A stretch of 20,000 nt of DNA, taken from the IMG/VR virus record IMGVR_UViG_3300034102_001587, positions 116,292 through 136,291 of that record; one strand, given 5' to 3'. Made by a program: the position numbers and the translations under genes. Below are positions 16,770 to 20,000 of this stretch, piece by piece; within the stretch, counting starts at the first letter, position 1; every line of letters starts with the position of its first letter. The DNA is from an uncultured virus (IMG/VR IMGVR_UViG_3300034102_001587) (taxonomy: Duplodnaviria > Heunggongvirae > Uroviricota > Caudoviricetes). A model generated the notes under the pieces. That model ran no database searches, was not told where the DNA came from, and was given only the letters and a program-made list of their open reading frames with translations.

Positions 16770-17540
16770 ATGTATAAGGTTAGAGGGTATTTTAAACCGG
16801 AAAGCTCATTTCACACAATATCCGAATGGGAATCCATTTGTAAAGAATTTCTAGCCCTACAAAAAAACGGATTTGATACTAGAGGTGGTACAATTGATTA
16901 TAGTCCACAATTAATAGATTTAATTAACAAATACTTTTCGTATCAATTATTTATTGAAACCGAACAATTTCCCGATTTGACAAGAAAGAAGGTATTGGAT
17001 TTTATAGAAGATTTTGTAAATCATAAAGTATGGTCTTTAAAAAAAGATTATAAAGATTATATAATCAATATAGATAATGATAAGATTGCTTTCTTTTATT
17101 CTAGAGGAGCGATAGAACCATATCTATTAATGGATGTACAATTTACTATGGATACCTATGGAACTGTTGATGAAGAAATGACAGTATTACATTGGACATC
17201 AAAAGAGGGATTAATAAACTTAATTGATAGTGTACAAAATGGATATGGATTTTCTATATCTGGATTTACAACACAAGCTAAAGAATTTTTCAGACCGGAA
17301 AGTAATATATTAGTAAAATTAAGTGGAACATTGGTAGCAGCATTCAAATCAGATGCAAAAACATTCGCAACTGATAGAGGACATAAAGCTGTTAATATGT
17401 TCAGATTATCATATCCTGATAATGAAAGTAATCTTTGCAGAAATGTGGAAGATTGTAGAGATAATAAGACATCCCTATGGAATGAAATAGTTATAAAACC
17501 TAAACAAGTTATAATGTACAAAGAAATTAAAAAATATTAA
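16770..17540 (+). CDS. Hypothetical protein with a possible ADP-ribosyltransferase-like C-terminal domain
   Basis: VLHWTS, ISGFTT and WNEIVIK appear in the order expected for ART core strands; function is tentative. Confidence 0.45.
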   Translation: MYKVRGYFKPESSFHTISEWESICKEFLALQKNGFDTRGGTIDYSPQLIDLINKYFSYQLFIETEQFPDLTRKKVLDFIEDFVNHKVWSLKKDYKDYIINIDNDKIAFFYSRGAIEPYLLMDVQFTMDTYGTVDEEMTVLHWTSKEGLINLIDSVQNGYGFSISGFTTQAKEFFRPESNILVKLSGTLVAAFKSDAKTFATDRGHKAVNMFRLSYPDNESNLCRNVEDCRDNKTSLWNEIVIKPKQVIMYKEIKKY

Positions 17541-17544
17541 AGCT

Positions 17545-18378
17545 ATGTTATTAAAAAAAGGTGATAATAACGAAAACGTAAAATTGATGCAGGAGAAATT
17601 AGGTATATCTCCAGCAGTTACTAACTTTGGACCTAAAACGGAACAGGCAGTAAAAGAATTCCAAGCAAAGCACGGACTTCCTGCCGATGGTATTGTAGGT
17701 GATGCAACTTGGGCTAAAATTATGGGAGAGGGAACTCCACCACCAGCACCAGTTCAACCAATAGTACCGGTAGGTGGATTGAAATTGGATAAGTTAAAAG
17801 GACATATTCCTGATGCAGTAATCGCAATGATTCCCGATACCGCAGCTAAATTCCAAATTAACACTCCATTAAGATTAGCACACTTCTTAGCACAATGTGG
17901 ACATGAGAGTGGTGGATTCAAAGCAACGCAAGAGAACTTAAATTATTCTGCGAAAGGACTAATGGGTATATTCAAAAAGTATTTCCCAACTGAAGCAATT
18001 GCAAATGCATATCAAAGAAACCCACAAAAGATTGCAAACAAAGTATATGCATCTCGTATGGGTAATGGCGATGAAGCCAGTGGTGAAGGCTACAAATTCA
18101 GAGGTAGAGGATATATCCAATTAACAGGTAAGGAAAACTATACTGCATTTGGTAAATCAATCGGAGAAGATATTCCTTCTAATCCTGATGTAGTAGCATC
18201 TAAGTACGCATTATTATCAGCAGCTTGGTTCTTCTCTAAAAACGGATTACATAAGATGGCAGATGAGGGAGCTAGTGATACAGTTGTAACAAAGATTACT
18301 AAAAGAGTAAACGGAGGAACAATTGGATTACCGGACAGAATCAAACACTTTAAAGAATATTATCATTTATTGGCATAA
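17545..18378 (+). CDS. Endolysin: peptidoglycan-binding domain plus GH19 lysozyme/chitinase-like domain
   Basis: FGPKTEQAVKEFQ...ADGIVG; Pro-rich linker; HFLAQCGHESGGF, ENLNYS, FRGRGYIQLTG, ITKRVNGG. Confidence 0.93.
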   Translation: MLLKKGDNNENVKLMQEKLGISPAVTNFGPKTEQAVKEFQAKHGLPADGIVGDATWAKIMGEGTPPPAPVQPIVPVGGLKLDKLKGHIPDAVIAMIPDTAAKFQINTPLRLAHFLAQCGHESGGFKATQENLNYSAKGLMGIFKKYFPTEAIANAYQRNPQKIANKVYASRMGNGDEASGEGYKFRGRGYIQLTGKENYTAFGKSIGEDIPSNPDVVASKYALLSAAWFFSKNGLHKMADEGASDTVVTKITKRVNGGTIGLPDRIKHFKEYYHLLA

Positions 18379-18408
18379 AAAAAGGGAGTAAAAAATACTC
18401 CCTTTTTT
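18378..18408 (+). terminator. Rho-independent terminator, potentially bidirectional
   Basis: Perfect 13-bp inverted repeat AAAAAAGGGAGTA / TACTCCCTTTTTT with a 5-nt loop. Confidence 0.9.
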
Positions 18409-18409
18409 A

Positions 18410-18441
18410 TTTGGTATTGTAACAAATTTTTACTATATTTG
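18410..18441 (+). promoter_or_regulatory. Bacteroidota-type promoter P1 for ssb-recA
   Basis: TTTG (18410-18413), N20, TATATTTG (18434-18441). Confidence 0.75.
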
Positions 18442-18478
18442 TTACATCTTTTACCATAAAAATATAGTAGAAAAAAGA

Positions 18479-18510
18479 TTTGGAAATATCAGGAATTCTT
18501 CGTATATTTG
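18479..18510 (+). promoter_or_regulatory. Bacteroidota-type promoter P2 for ssb-recA
   Basis: TTTG (18479-18482), N20, TATATTTG (18503-18510); followed by ATATTTATA at 18521-18529. Confidence 0.75.
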
Positions 18511-18615
18511 TATCTCCTTTATATTTATATGTGTAACGGAAGTGTAGGAAAGACACTATAATCCAACCTTAAAACATAAACGTTTTAAAACTTAAACTCT
18601 TAAAACTTAAAAGAC

Positions 18616-19431
18616 ATGGCTATTAATTTAGACGCAATTAAGAGCAGACTTAACAAACTGCAAAACACCCAAAGAACAACTGTAGAACTTTGGAAACCAG
18701 CACCGGGCAAACACACTATTCGTTTAGTCCCTTACAAATTCAATAAAGAGAATCCTTTCATTGAATTGTACTTTCACTACAACATTAACAACAAAACTTA
18801 TCTATCTCCGATGTCATTCGGTAGACCTGACCCAATCGTTGAGTTTGCTGATAAACTTAAAAGAATGGGTGATAAGGAAGATTGGAAAGCTGCTAAGAAA
18901 ATGGAGCCGAAACTTAGAACTTTTGTACCAGTATTGGTAAGAGGTGAAGAAGGTGAAGGCGTAAGATTCTGGGGCTTTGGAAAAACTGTATATCAAGAAA
19001 TTCTTGGTTATATGGCAGATCCTGATTATGGTGATATTACTGACCCAAATGAAGGTAGAGATATTACTGTTGAAGTAGTATCAGCTGAAGACAGTGGTAC
19101 ATCTTACCCTGTAACAACAATCCGTGTTAAACCAAAGGAAACTCCATTGGCAACTTCAAAAGAAGAAACGGATAAGTACTTATCTTCTCAAAAAGAAATT
19201 ACTGAACTTTATTCAGAATTAACTTATGCAGAATTGAAAAATGTATTAGAAGGTTGGTTGAATCCATCAGCAACTTCTGAAGATGAAAAATCAGCATCAG
19301 CTGAAACTTTATCTTCAACTGCTAACGATGATGAAGCACCATTCGATACAATTCCATCAAAGCCAGCCGCAGCACCAGCTAAGAAATTAGATGATGTGGC
19401 AGCAGCATTTGATGACCTTTTCAATTCATAA
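18616..19431 (+). CDS. Single-stranded DNA-binding protein, T4 gp32-like
   Basis: WKPAPGKHTIRLVP, VRFWGFGKTVY, DITDPNEGRD; acidic tail ending AFDDLFNS; adjacent to recA. Confidence 0.85.
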   Translation: MAINLDAIKSRLNKLQNTQRTTVELWKPAPGKHTIRLVPYKFNKENPFIELYFHYNINNKTYLSPMSFGRPDPIVEFADKLKRMGDKEDWKAAKKMEPKLRTFVPVLVRGEEGEGVRFWGFGKTVYQEILGYMADPDYGDITDPNEGRDITVEVVSAEDSGTSYPVTTIRVKPKETPLATSKEETDKYLSSQKEITELYSELTYAELKNVLEGWLNPSATSEDEKSASAETLSSTANDDEAPFDTIPSKPAAAPAKKLDDVAAAFDDLFNS

Positions 19432-19444
19432 AATAAGTTAATAT

Positions 19445-20000
19445 ATGGCTAAAGCAACTAAGGAAGTGGACTTAGCAGCAGTGCTTGCTGAGTCACTAAA
19501 CAAACAATCAAAAGACCAAAAGGTAGCATTCTTTTTGGACTCGGATGAGGCTCCCACTAATGTAGAGGGATGGATTTCAACCGGAGCATCAATGTTAGAT
19601 GTGGCTATCTCAAATCGCCCGTATGGTGGTTTGCCTGTTGGTAGAATTACCGAAGTGACAGGTTTGGAACAAAGTGGTAAATCATTACTATCAGCTCACT
19701 TACTTGCCGAAACACAAAAGTTAGGTGGTATAGCTGTGTTGATTGATACTGAAAACGCCGTAAGTAGAGAATTCTTAGAAGCCATTGGAGTAGATACAAC
19801 CAAATTACTTTATGTAGCAGCTGAGACTGTTGAACAATGTTTTGAATATACCGAAACTATTATTGAGAAAGTGAGAACTAACTCAAAGGATAAGTATGTA
19901 ACAATCGTTGTGGATTCAGTAGCAGCAGCATCAACTGAAAAGGAGATGGAAGCTGATTATGGTAAGGATGGTTACGCTACGGATAAAGCAATTATCATTT
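19445..20000 (+). CDS. recA: RecA/UvsX recombinase (runs off the window end; not in the ORF track)
   Basis: My translation from ATG 19445: ISTGASMLD, GGLPVGRITEVTGLEQSGKS (Walker A), IDTENA, IVVDSVAA (Walker B). Confidence 0.95.
   Translation, partial: MAKATKEVDLAAVLAESLNKQSKDQKVAFFLDSDEAPTNVEGWISTGASMLDVAISNRPYGGLPVGRITEVTGLEQSGKSLLSAHLLAETQKLGGIAVLIDTENAVSREFLEAIGVDTTKLLYVAAETVEQCFEYTETIIEKVRTNSKDKYVTIVVDSVAAASTEKEMEADYGKDGYATDKAIII

Noticed and set aside
18560..18615. CRISPR array or tandem repeat
   Set aside because: Only 5-7 nt irregular units with no repeat-spacer structure and no cas genes.
104..19424. All short minus-strand ORFs in the track
   Set aside because: They are antisense shadows of longer + strand genes with no recognisable motifs.
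1..20000. Stop-codon reassignment as seen in some large phages
   Set aside because: Standard-code ORFs are full-length and tile the window; TAG stops fall at sensible gene boundaries.

Overview
AT-rich, gene-dense window with all credible genes on the + strand. It looks like part of a large tailed-phage genome with T4-like SSB and RecA genes. Four exact TTTG-N20-TATATTTG promoters point to a Bacteroidota host. Left to right: the end of a baseplate-hub-like gene and small tail-associated ORFs; a ~7.7 kb glycan-tailoring cluster (four DxD GT-A-like proteins, a GT25, a NodU/CmcH carbamoyltransferase, a missed 37-aa ORF, two SGNH-like proteins, a 2OG-Fe(II) oxygenase); a complete tmRNA with an unusually long 24-aa tag; a compact, apparently thumb-less family A DNA polymerase; a signal-peptide-bearing non-specific nuclease; a 1410-aa modular protein that looks like a two-unit polyprotein (ParB/Srx-like and PD-(D/E)xK-like parts); a conserved hypothetical; a possible ADP-ribosyltransferase-fold protein; a PG-binding GH19 endolysin; a gp32-like SSB; and the start of RecA/UvsX. 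The most notable non-coding signal is a recurrent intergenic ATATTTATA motif sitting inside hairpins that would hide the downstream start codon, as in T4 early/late translational control. All family calls are by-eye motif recognition; no searches were run.
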